Below are positions 38,936 to 48,524 of a stretch of DNA of 64,000 nucleotides, piece by piece. A program made the position numbers and the translations under genes. Position 1 is the stretch's first letter. Every line of letters begins with the position of its first letter. Origin of the DNA: an uncultured Gemmatimonadales bacterium (GTDB lineage Bacteria; Gemmatimonadota; Gemmatimonadetes; Gemmatimonadales; Gemmatimonadaceae); the NCBI GenBank assembly GCA_963701965.1, contig OY969695.1, forward strand, positions 3,680,001 through 3,744,000, written 5' to 3'. The notes beneath the pieces were generated by a model that saw only the letters and a list, made by a program, of their open reading frames with translations, was not told where the DNA came from and searched no databases.

Positions 38936-41317
38936 ATGACCGCCACCGCGCCCGTGCCGTCGTCCGACACATATCAGCCATCCGCCGTCGAGCGGAAATG
39001 GCAAGATCGGTGGCGGGAGCGCGGCACGAATGATACGGCGATCTCGTCCGGCGACCATCCGTTCTACGCGCTCATGATGTTCCCGTACCCATTGGCCGAG
39101 GGCCTGCACGTCGGGAATCTGTTCGCGTTCACGGGGAACGACATTTACGCGCGCTACCACCGGCTCCAGGGGCATACCGTCTTCGAGCCGCTGGGCTACG
39201 ACGCGTTTGGCATCCATTCCGAGAACTACGCGCTCAAGGTCGGGGTGCACCCGACCGTGCTCATCCCCAAGAACATCGCCAATTTCCGGCGGCAGCTGGA
39301 CCGGACCGGGCTCATGGTCGACTGGCGTTATTCTGTCGACACCACGGACCCGCGGTACTACCGGTGGACCCAGTGGGTCTTCCTGCAGCTCTATCGGCTT
39401 GGCCTGGCGTACAAGAAGCAAGGCGCCGTCAATTGGTGCCCCTGCGACAAGACCGTGCTGGCCAACGAGCAGGTGATCGACGGGCACTGCGAGCGCTGCG
39501 GGACGGCCGTCGAGCAGCGGTTCCTGGAGCAGTGGTTTTTCGCGATCTCGCGGTACGCGCAGCGGCTGTTGGACAACCTCGACTGGCTCGATTGGTCGGA
39601 GTCGACCAAGACCGCGCAACGCCATTGGATCGGCAAGAGCCAGGGCGCCGAATTGGTGTTTCCCGTAGGCGATGCCGGAAACCTGACGGTCTTCACGACG
39701 CGGCCCGACACGACGTTCGGCGCGACCTATGTGGTGCTGGCCCCCGAGCATCCCATGGTCCGCGCGATCACGAACGAGGCCCATCGGCCCGCGGTCGAGG
39801 CCTACCTGGATCGCGCGGCCAAGCAGGACGTCGTGAACCGGAAGATCACGAAGGACAAGACCGGCGTGTTCACCGGGGCGACGGCCACCAACCCCGCCAC
39901 CGGGCAGCCGGTGCCGGTGTGGGTCGCCGACTACGTTCTCATGGACTATGGCACGGGCGCCATCATGGGCGTGCCCGCGCATGACGAGCGCGATCACGAG
40001 TTCGCGCTGGCGCACGATCTGCCAATCGTGACGGTGATCGACGACGATCGGCTCATCAACTCGGGTCGTTTCGACACGCTGAGCGTCGAAGACGCGAAGC
40101 GCGGCATCGTCGAGTGGCTGGCCGGGCAGGGAAGAGGCCAACCGGTGGACAACTACCGGCTGCACGATTGGTGCATCTCGCGCCAGCGCTACTGGGGCCC
40201 GCCCATCCCGATCATCTACTGTCCGGAGTGCGGACCGGTGCCGGTGCCGGAGAAAGACCTGCCGGTCGTCCTGCCGTTCATCCCGGACTTCAAACCCGAT
40301 GACTCGGGGATCTCGCCGCTGGCGCGCCATGAGGAGTGGTATCGGGTGCCGTGTCCGCAGTGCGGCCGCGAGGGCCGTCGCGAGACGGACGTCTCCGATA
40401 CGTTCCTCGACAGCGCGTGGTATTTCCTCCGGTATCCCAGCGCCGATCGCGACAATGTGCCCTTTGATCCGGCGGTGACGCGCAAGTGGCTGCCGGTCAA
40501 CTCGTACATTGGCGGCAACGAGCACGCCGTCCTGCATCTGCTCTACTCGCGATTCATCGCAATGGTGCTCCACGAGACGGGGCACATCGACTTCGAGGAG
40601 CCGTTCACGCGCTTCCGCGCGCATGGGTTGATCGTGCGCGAAGGCGCGAAGATGTCGAAGAGCAAGGGCAACATCATTAATCCCGACGAGTACATCAACG
40701 CCTGGGGCGCCGACGCGTTCCGGATGTACTTGATGTTCCTGGGTCCGTATGAGCAGGGTGGCGACTATAGCGCCACCGGCATCTCGGGGACGAAGCACTA
40801 TCTGGACCGTTTGTGGGCCTCGGCCACCGACCATCGGACCGACGGCGCGCCGGACCCCGCCGTGCTGGCGCAGCTCCACCGGACGATCAAGAAAGTCGGT
40901 GAGGACATTCCGCGGCTGAGCTACAACACCGCCATCGCGGCCCTGATGAAGTACATGAACGTACTCCGCGAAGGGGAGCGGCATCCGCATCGGGCTGAAA
41001 TCGAGCCCCTGATCCAGCTGACGGCGCCGTTCGCGCCGCATATTGCCGAGGAGCTGTGGGATCGCTTCGGCCACCGCACCAGCGTATTCGACGCCGGCTG
41101 GCCGGCCTATGATCCCGCGCTCATCGTCGAGACGACGGTCACACTGGCGGTGCAGGTGAATGGCAAGCTGCGGGCGACGATCGCGGTCCCGGCGGACGTG
41201 ACCGAGGACGGTGCATTGCAGGCGGCCTTGGCCGATCCCGCGGTCGCCAAGCATGTGACCGGCACCCCGCGGAAAGTCATCTTCGTGCCCAAGCGTCTGC
41301 TCAATATCGTCACCTAG
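38936..41317 (+). CDS. leuS: Leucyl-tRNA synthetase
   Basis: MFPYP..GLHVGN (HIGH variant), FTTRPDT, GTGAIMGVPAHD, SRQRYWG, KMSKS, VQVNGKLR. Confidence 0.97.
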   Translation: MTATAPVPSSDTYQPSAVERKWQDRWRERGTNDTAISSGDHPFYALMMFPYPLAEGLHVGNLFAFTGNDIYARYHRLQGHTVFEPLGYDAFGIHSENYALKVGVHPTVLIPKNIANFRRQLDRTGLMVDWRYSVDTTDPRYYRWTQWVFLQLYRLGLAYKKQGAVNWCPCDKTVLANEQVIDGHCERCGTAVEQRFLEQWFFAISRYAQRLLDNLDWLDWSESTKTAQRHWIGKSQGAELVFPVGDAGNLTVFTTRPDTTFGATYVVLAPEHPMVRAITNEAHRPAVEAYLDRAAKQDVVNRKITKDKTGVFTGATATNPATGQPVPVWVADYVLMDYGTGAIMGVPAHDERDHEFALAHDLPIVTVIDDDRLINSGRFDTLSVEDAKRGIVEWLAGQGRGQPVDNYRLHDWCISRQRYWGPPIPIIYCPECGPVPVPEKDLPVVLPFIPDFKPDDSGISPLARHEEWYRVPCPQCGREGRRETDVSDTFLDSAWYFLRYPSADRDNVPFDPAVTRKWLPVNSYIGGNEHAVLHLLYSRFIAMVLHETGHIDFEEPFTRFRAHGLIVREGAKMSKSKGNIINPDEYINAWGADAFRMYLMFLGPYEQGGDYSATGISGTKHYLDRLWASATDHRTDGAPDPAVLAQLHRTIKKVGEDIPRLSYNTAIAALMKYMNVLREGERHPHRAEIEPLIQLTAPFAPHIAEELWDRFGHRTSVFDAGWPAYDPALIVETTVTLAVQVNGKLRATIAVPADVTEDGALQAALADPAVAKHVTGTPRKVIFVPKRLLNIVT

Positions 41318-42441
41318 AGCAGGCGGCCGATCCACCCGCCCACGAAGTACCCGACGGCCGCCACGCCGAGGCCGACGACGAACATATCGACGCCGGACCG
41401 GAACAACCCGCGACCCGTGAAGATCGAGCGGGCGGCGCCGACCAGGAAGTGCGACAGCATGGCCAGCGTGAACGCCAGCACGATGGCCGGCGTCCCATGC
41501 GTGAAGAAGAAGGGCGCGACGGGGATGATGGCGCCGAAGCCGGTCGCGACGCCGGTCACCCATCCTTCGCGCATCGGCGACATGTCCGGCTCGCCGATCT
41601 TGAGCTCCTCGCGCACTTGCTCGTCGAGCATGCGCCGGGGATCCGCCATGACGTTGGTCGCCAGCTGCTCGGCCGCCGAGCGGTCCATGCCTTTGGCCTG
41701 ATAGATGAGCGCCAGCTCGTCGCGCTCCACCTCGGGCATGAGCGCGATCTCGTCGCGCTCCATCGCGATCTCGTGCGCGTATACCTCCTGCTCGCTCTTG
41801 GCCGCGAGATACCCACTCGATCCCATCGACAACGCGTCGGCGATCAACCCTGCGACCCCGGCCACGACCACCGCCTGGTGCTGCTGCGTCGCCGCGGCGC
41901 CGATCACCCCGGCGACCAGGCCGAAGTTGGCCGTGAGCCCGTCGTTGAACCCATACACGATGTTGCGGAGCAGTCCGCCTGCTCCCGTCCGGTGCCACGG
42001 CTCGGCGCCACGGCCCGCCAGCCCGGCCAACGTCGACGCGTGGTCGGCGCTCTCCCGCGCCAGGAGCAGCGCCTCGCTGCTGCCTGGCGCGCCCCGCTCC
42101 GTAGACCGGTGCAGGTCGAGATAGCCTTTGACCTCGCGCCCCTCCTCTTCGAGGAGCAGCGGCAGGAGAAACCCGGGGCCGAGCCGGCGCCCGAGCGTGG
42201 CCAGGACCCGCGTGCGGAGACTGGGCTGGAAGGGCCCGGGCGGGTGGCCGTGGGCCGCGAGGAGCTCTCCCCAGATCGTGACGTGGCGATCCTCGACGCC
42301 GGCCAACTGCTCATACACGTCCCGCTTGGCCGGGTCCTGCTCCACGCTCGCCAAGAGCCGGTAGAGAAACGCGGCGTCGGCCTCGTCCTGCCAATGATGG
42401 GCGAACGTGTGATAGTCGGGGTCGACGGCCGCGGTGGTCAT
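41314..42441 (-). CDS. Ferritin/rubrerythrin-like domain fused to VIT1/CCC1 iron-manganese transporter
   Basis: N-terminal E..., EDRH, ESADH di-iron-type motifs; C-terminal YGFNDGL, ADALSMG VIT1 motifs. Confidence 0.88.
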   Translation of the reverse strand: MTTAAVDPDYHTFAHHWQDEADAAFLYRLLASVEQDPAKRDVYEQLAGVEDRHVTIWGELLAAHGHPPGPFQPSLRTRVLATLGRRLGPGFLLPLLLEEEGREVKGYLDLHRSTERGAPGSSEALLLARESADHASTLAGLAGRGAEPWHRTGAGGLLRNIVYGFNDGLTANFGLVAGVIGAAATQQHQAVVVAGVAGLIADALSMGSSGYLAAKSEQEVYAHEIAMERDEIALMPEVERDELALIYQAKGMDRSAAEQLATNVMADPRRMLDEQVREELKIGEPDMSPMREGWVTGVATGFGAIIPVAPFFFTHGTPAIVLAFTLAMLSHFLVGAARSIFTGRGLFRSGVDMFVVGLGVAAVGYFVGGWIGRLL

Positions 42442-42528
42442 GCCGAAAAATACGCGGGCAACCCCTCCGACGCGCCCGGCATTCTCATCTACCAGAGCAG
42501 GTTATCCCACAACCCGGACCGTCATCCT

Positions 42529-43188
42529 ATGCGCGTTTCTGTCGCACTTCCCGCTGCGCTCATGCTGCTGGCCCTCCCCGCGCTGGCCCAGACCGTGACC
42601 AAGGACTCGGACACCTGCATCAACATCGTCCGCCGGCCGTACCTGACCGCGTTCCGCGGTGGCGGGACCGATCGCCCCGTGCTGGGACTCGAGACCAGCA
42701 GTGGCAGCGTCCGCGACTCCCTCGGCGTCCTCATCGTGGGCGTCTCGGCCAACGGACCCGCCGACAAAGCCGGCATCGAGGAAGGCGATCGCATCGCCAC
42801 CGCCAATGGCATCGACCTGCGTCTCGCGGCCTCTGACGCCGGCGATCGCGAGATGCGCGGCCTCATGGGACGCCGGCTGGCGCGCGCGATCCAGAAAGTG
42901 AAAGCGGGCGACGCCGTCGACCTGCGCGTCTACCACAACGGGCAATACAAGACGGTGAAAGTCACCACCGTCAAAGCCAGCGAGCTCGCGGACGACGACG
43001 ATTTCATGCAGGTCGGCGCCAACGACATGAACCTGCGGCTGCTCGACGTCATGCCGAGCCTGGACCACGCCATGGGCCAACTCAATGCGTCGATGGCGGG
43101 GCTCAGGAGCCTCAAGGCCCTGGAGGGTCTCAAGAACATCAAGATCGTCCCGCCCGAGATCATCGACGACGGGATTCACCGGTACTAA
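42529..43188 (+). CDS. Secreted PDZ domain protein
   Basis: Signal peptide ending ALA; LGL...GVLIVGV...GPADKAGIEEGDRI PDZ motif. Confidence 0.85.
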   Translation: MRVSVALPAALMLLALPALAQTVTKDSDTCINIVRRPYLTAFRGGGTDRPVLGLETSSGSVRDSLGVLIVGVSANGPADKAGIEEGDRIATANGIDLRLAASDAGDREMRGLMGRRLARAIQKVKAGDAVDLRVYHNGQYKTVKVTTVKASELADDDDFMQVGANDMNLRLLDVMPSLDHAMGQLNASMAGLRSLKALEGLKNIKIVPPEIIDDGIHRY

Positions 43189-43215
43189 ATAGGGAGCCCG
43201 TCGGGCTCCCTATTT
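43187..43215. terminator. Bidirectional intrinsic terminator between convergent genes
   Basis: Perfect inverted repeat AAATAGGGAGCCCG-T-CGGGCTCCCTATTT overlapping both stop codons. Confidence 0.7.
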
Positions 43216-43596
43216 GTCGTATTTGGCTTGATTCGCTTTGGTGAGCGCCTGCATGTCGTCGAACGTGCGACGCTGGTCCGGCGTCGACAGCAGCGCCTTG
43301 ATCGCGGCCGCCGCCCGATCACTCACCGAGTCGATCTGCGGCCGGACCGGCTTGACCAAGGCGGCGATTTGCCGGTGCTTGTTGTCGAGGATCGAATCGA
43401 CGTCCGCCCGTTGGGCGGCCGTGAGATCCAGTTCCTCGCCGAACCGCAGGCGCATGGCGGCCTGATCGCCCCAGCGCGGACACAGGCGGTCGCGCGCCAC
43501 CAGCCGGTCGGCGGTAAAGCCCAGGACACCGCCGACCAATGTCGCGCCAAGCAAGAACGCGAAGGCTTGCCGTGACCGGCTAGTACCCGTAGACAT
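43210..43596 (-). CDS. Periplasmic helical protein (Spy/CpxP/heavy-metal-sensor-like)
   Basis: N-terminal TM, ELDLTAAQ and STPDQR LTxxQ-like motifs; third gene of the ECF module. Confidence 0.7.
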   Translation of the reverse strand: MSTGTSRSRQAFAFLLGATLVGGVLGFTADRLVARDRLCPRWGDQAAMRLRFGEELDLTAAQRADVDSILDNKHRQIAALVKPVRPQIDSVSDRAAAAIKALLSTPDQRRTFDDMQALTKANQAKYDK

Positions 43597-43942
43597 AGCG
43601 GAGCGTCGCCTCTCTTTCCGACACGTCGACGAGCCGCTCGCGAAGCTGCACGGGCTCCGGAGCCCTCGACTCGATGACCATCTCGTAGGCCAACCGCCGC
43701 TCGGTCACGCGCTCGCGCCACGCCGTGATCCCGAGCCCCAGAACCGCCAATCCGGCGGCCGCCAACCACGCCCGCTGCCAACCTCGAAACGCCCGCACCC
43801 ACTCGTCGCCCGCCGCCGTCGCGACGCGCCACATGATCTTGGCCTCGAGGCGCTGCCAATACCGCGGGTCCCGCGGCGGGGCGATCTCCGCGGCCAACGC
43901 CCGCGTGAGACGCGGGTCGGCCGGCGTTACGCGGCGGTCCAT
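43580..43942 (-). CDS. Putative single-TM anti-sigma factor
   Basis: Directly follows the ECF sigma gene; YWQRLEAKI then a TM helix. Confidence 0.65.
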   Translation of the reverse strand: MDRRVTPADPRLTRALAAEIAPPRDPRYWQRLEAKIMWRVATAAGDEWVRAFRGWQRAWLAAAGLAVLGLGITAWRERVTERRLAYEMVIESRAPEPVQLRERLVDVSEREATLRYVYGY

Positions 43943-44505
43943 ATGGCCTTGAGCACCGCCCGCAAAGCCCGCCGGGCGTGGTGAAGGTCCGACCGGGCCG
44001 TCCCTTCCGGGATGCCGAGTAAGCGCCCGATCTCTCCGTGCCGGAAACCCTCGACGTCGTGCAAAATGATGACCGACCGTTGGCGGGGCGTCAGGCGCCC
44101 CAGCGCCGTCCGCAGCCGCCCCCGGAGATCGGCCACCTCCGCCGGATCGCGGAAGTGCGAGGCGAGCGTGTCGGTCAGCTCGTCCGCGTCACGCACCCGC
44201 CGGCGCCGCGTGATGTCGAGGGCCGCGTTGGCGACTATACGGTGCAACCACGCCCCAAAGGCCTGGTCCGGCCGAAAGCGGTCCAAGGCGCGATAGGCGT
44301 GCAGAAACCCCTCCTGTACCGCATCTTCGGCGTCTTCGTGGGTCGTCACCACGGATCGCGCGATCGCGTACGCGCGCCGCTGGTGGGCCCGAACCAAAGC
44401 GCCGAAGGCGTCCGTGTCCCCATTCTGGGCCGCACGGATCAGGACCTTTTCGTCCGGCGCCGCGGGCGGTGTGCTGGGGAGCGCTGAGGCGGAGGGGGGA
44501 GTCAT
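43927..44505 (-). CDS. ECF RNA polymerase sigma-70 factor
   Basis: DAEDAVQEGF, FGAWLHRI..N, EIGRLLGIPEGTARS.LH.AR; start 44505 or 44565. Confidence 0.93.
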   Translation of the reverse strand: MTPPSASALPSTPPAAPDEKVLIRAAQNGDTDAFGALVRAHQRRAYAIARSVVTTHEDAEDAVQEGFLHAYRALDRFRPDQAFGAWLHRIVANAALDITRRRRVRDADELTDTLASHFRDPAEVADLRGRLRTALGRLTPRQRSVIILHDVEGFRHGEIGRLLGIPEGTARSDLHHARRALRAVLKAIWTAA

Positions 44506-44582
44506 GGAATGCTGAAAAAGTAACGTGCCCGCATCTCGAAACGTTGGACTAGGCCCAAGCGTCATTCGTTACCACGAGTAAT

Positions 44583-47500
44583 ATGGTTGAATCCCGTCCC
44601 GCCCGCTTGGGCTGGTATGTTGCCGGTGCGACGACCCTCGTCCTGACGCTGGCAACGTGCGACGCGCTCACGGCGCCCAAAGCGGAGCACGTCGCCTTGG
44701 CGTGGGTTGGAGACACGATCATCACGGCCGGTCGGCGCGTGCCCGTTGGCGTCGCCGTGACCGTCGCCGGGCGTACCTACAACAACCCGCGATTCTCGGT
44801 ACAGTCCTCCGACACGACGATCCTTTCCGTGTCCAATGATGGCGACTCCCTGCGCGCGGTGCGCCTCGGCGTCGTCACGGTGACGGTCCAACTGGAGAAC
44901 GTGCTGCTTTCCGGCACGCCGCCCACGCTCACCCAGGATCTCCTCGTCGCCCCGAAGTCTGTGCAGTTCGCCCGTACCGCCGACACGCTGCACTCGCTCG
45001 GCGAAGCGGTGACGCCCTCCATCGTCGCGCTGGACCTGAACGGCGACTCGATTCCGGGTGTCACGTATACGTGGGCGTCGAACGACACCGCGATCCTGAC
45101 GGTGTCGCAGCGGGGGCAAATCCTGAGCGCCCACAACGGCAATACCAAGGTGCGTGCCGTCGTCCAAGGCGATACTGCTACGCTCCCGGTGAATGTGTCA
45201 CAGCTTTTGGTGCACTTCGGTATCACACCGCCGCTGGCCCTGACGCTCAACGCGATCAACGCCGAGACGACGCTGGTCGCCGCGGGACGCGACTCGCTGG
45301 GCTCGGCCATCACGGGCGCCGCGGGCACCCCGCTCTGGCAACTGCAGACCCCCAACGTGGTCTCGATCGACCAAACGGGACGCCTGACCGCCATCAACAA
45401 CGGGACGACGTACGCTTACGCCGTGCGGGGCAGCGCCCGCGACAGCGTGCAGGTGAACGTGGTGCAGCAGGCCACGCGTCTCCTGGTGACGTCGCCCAAC
45501 GGGCTGGCCATCGGGGCGATCGGCGGCACGCTCACATTGAACGTCGTCGCGTTCGACCGGCTCAACAACCCGGTCACCAACGACCAGGCCACCTTGGTCT
45601 CCCTCGATCCCTCGATCGCGCAAGTGGCCACGGGGACGCGCGTCGTCACGGCCCAAGGCCTGGGCACGGCGCGCATTGTCGCGCTTCTCGACGCGATCGC
45701 CGACACGGTGCGCGTGGTCATCAGCAATCAGCCCACGAAGCTCGTGCTGTCGGCGGACACGGCGACCATTCCGGCCGTCGGCGACACCATCCAGCTCACG
45801 GCCACGCTGTTGAACGCCAGCGGCAATGTCGTCAACGGCCTGACGCCGACCTGGCGCGTCACCGACACGACGGTGATCACCGTCCAGCAGAACGGTCGGG
45901 TGACCGCCGTCCGGACGGGCGGTGCCCGCGTCATCGCGGTATTCAATACGATCGCCGACACCACCGTCGTGGCCGTCACCAACAATGCGGCGACGCTCCA
46001 GATCAACAAGCGCCTCGACAGCCTCAAATCGCTCGGCGACACGCTCACCATCCCCGTCACCCTGCAGAACGCGCGCGGGGTGGCGCTGCCCGCCAGTGCC
46101 GCCACCTGGACGAGCAACGATCCGACGATCGCCAGCGTGACATCCAACGCCTTCGTGACCGCCATCGGCGTCGGCCGGACGACCGTCCGCGCCGCGAGCG
46201 GCGTCCTCCGCGACTCGGCGATCATCGTGGTGACCAACAACCCCGTCCACATCGTGCTGAATTCGTCGCTCGACACGATGACGGCGCGGGGGCAGACGCT
46301 GCTCTATACCGCGCAACTCACGAACGCCGACGGGAACCCCGTCACTGGCGCCACGATCGTATGGTCGTCGACCGTCTCGTCGGTGGCCAGCGTGACGGCG
46401 ACCGGACTCGTGACCGCGCTCACCAACGGCACCACGAAGATCGTGGCCACCGCCGGCTCGGTCACCGCCAACGCCACGCTCGTCGTGGGCAGTCCCACGA
46501 CGCTCATCGTCGACAACAGCACGCTGGATACCCTGTCCTTCGGTACGCTCAAGCGCCCCTATCACCGGATCGGCAATGCGGTGTCGGCGTCGGTCCCCGG
46601 CGACACCGTGTTCGTCCGCGTCGGCGCGCATCCCTACAGCGAGGAGGTCGCGTTGAACAAGGCGATCGTCCTCACCGGAGACCCGACCGCGTATCTGGCG
46701 GCCAACCGCGATCCCACGAAGCTGCCCCTGCTCTCGCACGACACGGGGACGGCGGGCATTCTGTCGACGAGTCCCGCCCGCGTCGTGGTGCGGACGCTGG
46801 CCATCCGGCACACGTTGGATGGTCCGGCCATCGACGCCCGCACGGCGGCGATCCAGATCAATCAGGTGTACGTGAACCCGTCCGGCGATGCGTTTTCCTC
46901 GGGCCGCGGTTTCTCGGTGCAGTCGACCAGCCAGGCCACCATCGATAGTTGCATCGTCTCCGCCGTGCACGGATACGCCGTCTCGTTCCGCAACGTGATC
47001 AACGGACGCATCAACCAGATCACGGTGAACGGCGTCGTGCTCTCCACCGCCCTCGATTCGACGGTGGGCGCCGGGATCGCGGTCATGCAGGGATCGGGCA
47101 ATCTCGTGGAGAACGATCTGGTCCGGCTCACCGCCGGCCCGGAGATCTTCGTCGACTCCAGCGCCACCGCGACCATCACGGGCAACAACGTCGCCGGTGA
47201 ATCCCAGTTGATGCGCCTTCTGGCCTCATCGGGCGCGCAGGTGACCGGGAACAGCTTCGACACGCGCCTGCAGACGGGCCAGACGTTCACGGGCAATTCG
47301 CTGACCGACGGCCGCTCCGGCCTGGAGATCAACGCGTCGCCCGGCGCGACGGTCGCCGGCAACGCCTTCGTGGACAACGCGGCGAGCCAGATGGACCAGA
47401 TTCACATCGTGGGCACCCGCGGCGCGGGCGTGCAGCTCCAGCGCCTGTCGTTTCAGGGCGGGCGCTTCAACGTCAACAGCAGCCTGTCCGACTGGACCCT

Positions 47501-48524
47501 CTCCCAATCGCACGGCACGTCGGCGCAGAGCGGCGTGTTCCTCTCCAACGCCGACACGGCGACGCTGGCGTCCGACACCTTGTCCGGTGCGTCCGGACCG
47601 TGCGTGCAGGTCACGGGCACCACCAAGGGTCAACTCACCGTGACCGGCGGCCTCTATGCGCAGTGCGGCCCCGCCAGCACGGCGGCGATCACGTCGACGG
47701 CGACGCAGGCGGCGCTCGACATCACCGGTGTCGTGTTCAGCGGCGCATCACAGCGGTCGGTGGATGTCTCCAGCGGACACCACGTGACCCTGCGCGGCAA
47801 TCTGACGATGGATGGCGGGTTCGCGGTCAGCGGCAGTCCGCCCGGCGGCGTATACGATCTGTCGGCGGACTCGATGGTGGTGGTCAGCAACAACGTGGTG
47901 GACTTTCCGAGCTACAGCGGCTTGAATGTGGATGGCGGCGTGCTGCGGGCCGACAGCAACACGTTCAGCCAAAACGCCGTCGGCATGCGCATCGGGAACC
48001 TGACCACATTCGAGGCCAGCCGGAATGACATTTTTGACAACGACACCGCGGGAGTCGTCAACGATAGGGCCTCGTCGGTGACCCTCACCAACAACTTCTG
48101 GGGAGACTCGATCGGACCCCGGCGGTCGGTGGTGCGGGCGGCGACGGGCGATACCATCATCGGTGCGTCGACGTTCACACCATTTATGGCGCAGCCGGTA
48201 TTCGCCGGCACGCGGTCGCAGCGGCAACGAGGTGTGGACGGCAATGGACAGACGGCACCGGCGGGGTCGACCCTGCCGTTCGCGTTCGTCGTACGAGTCG
48301 TCGACGCGGCCGGCAATCCGGTGGCGAATGTCAACGTGACTTTCACGGTCTCTTCAGGGGGCGGGACACTCAATGGTCCGACCGCGACTTCCGTGATGAT
48401 CGCCACGGGGAGCGATGGTCTTGCCCGCGGGACCCTGACGCTCGGTTCGACCCCCGGGGCCAACGCGGTCACCACGAGCGTGCCCGCCCTGGCCAATGTC
48501 GTCTTCACGGCCACCGGCCAATGA
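44583..48524 (+). CDS. Large secreted/lipoprotein with Big_2 Ig-like repeats, a right-handed beta-helix and a C-terminal Ig domain
   Basis: Repeated W.S.D..IA.V...G.VTA...G.T Big_2 units; N-rich beta-helix region; NNFWG; GNGQTA..G...VRVVDAAGNPV. Confidence 0.8.
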   Translation: MVESRPARLGWYVAGATTLVLTLATCDALTAPKAEHVALAWVGDTIITAGRRVPVGVAVTVAGRTYNNPRFSVQSSDTTILSVSNDGDSLRAVRLGVVTVTVQLENVLLSGTPPTLTQDLLVAPKSVQFARTADTLHSLGEAVTPSIVALDLNGDSIPGVTYTWASNDTAILTVSQRGQILSAHNGNTKVRAVVQGDTATLPVNVSQLLVHFGITPPLALTLNAINAETTLVAAGRDSLGSAITGAAGTPLWQLQTPNVVSIDQTGRLTAINNGTTYAYAVRGSARDSVQVNVVQQATRLLVTSPNGLAIGAIGGTLTLNVVAFDRLNNPVTNDQATLVSLDPSIAQVATGTRVVTAQGLGTARIVALLDAIADTVRVVISNQPTKLVLSADTATIPAVGDTIQLTATLLNASGNVVNGLTPTWRVTDTTVITVQQNGRVTAVRTGGARVIAVFNTIADTTVVAVTNNAATLQINKRLDSLKSLGDTLTIPVTLQNARGVALPASAATWTSNDPTIASVTSNAFVTAIGVGRTTVRAASGVLRDSAIIVVTNNPVHIVLNSSLDTMTARGQTLLYTAQLTNADGNPVTGATIVWSSTVSSVASVTATGLVTALTNGTTKIVATAGSVTANATLVVGSPTTLIVDNSTLDTLSFGTLKRPYHRIGNAVSASVPGDTVFVRVGAHPYSEEVALNKAIVLTGDPTAYLAANRDPTKLPLLSHDTGTAGILSTSPARVVVRTLAIRHTLDGPAIDARTAAIQINQVYVNPSGDAFSSGRGFSVQSTSQATIDSCIVSAVHGYAVSFRNVINGRINQITVNGVVLSTALDSTVGAGIAVMQGSGNLVENDLVRLTAGPEIFVDSSATATITGNNVAGESQLMRLLASSGAQVTGNSFDTRLQTGQTFTGNSLTDGRSGLEINASPGATVAGNAFVDNAASQMDQIHIVGTRGAGVQLQRLSFQGGRFNVNSSLSDWTLSQSHGTSAQSGVFLSNADTATLASDTLSGASGPCVQVTGTTKGQLTVTGGLYAQCGPASTAAITSTATQAALDITGVVFSGASQRSVDVSSGHHVTLRGNLTMDGGFAVSGSPPGGVYDLSADSMVVVSNNVVDFPSYSGLNVDGGVLRADSNTFSQNAVGMRIGNLTTFEASRNDIFDNDTAGVVNDRASSVTLTNNFWGDSIGPRRSVVRAATGDTIIGASTFTPFMAQPVFAGTRSQRQRGVDGNGQTAPAGSTLPFAFVVRVVDAAGNPVANVNVTFTVSSGGGTLNGPTATSVMIATGSDGLARGTLTLGSTPGANAVTTSVPALANVVFTATGQ

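Noticed and set aside
38777..41998. 1073-aa antisense ORF and similar long shadow ORFs (6220-8112, 18673-20583, 25171-27537, 34299-36173, 47912-50476)
   Set aside because: They lie opposite well-supported genes, lack motifs, and are expected in high-GC DNA.
42502..42511. DnaA box / oriC (TTATCCCACA)
   Set aside because: Single imperfect match, with no cluster or A/T-rich unwinding region.
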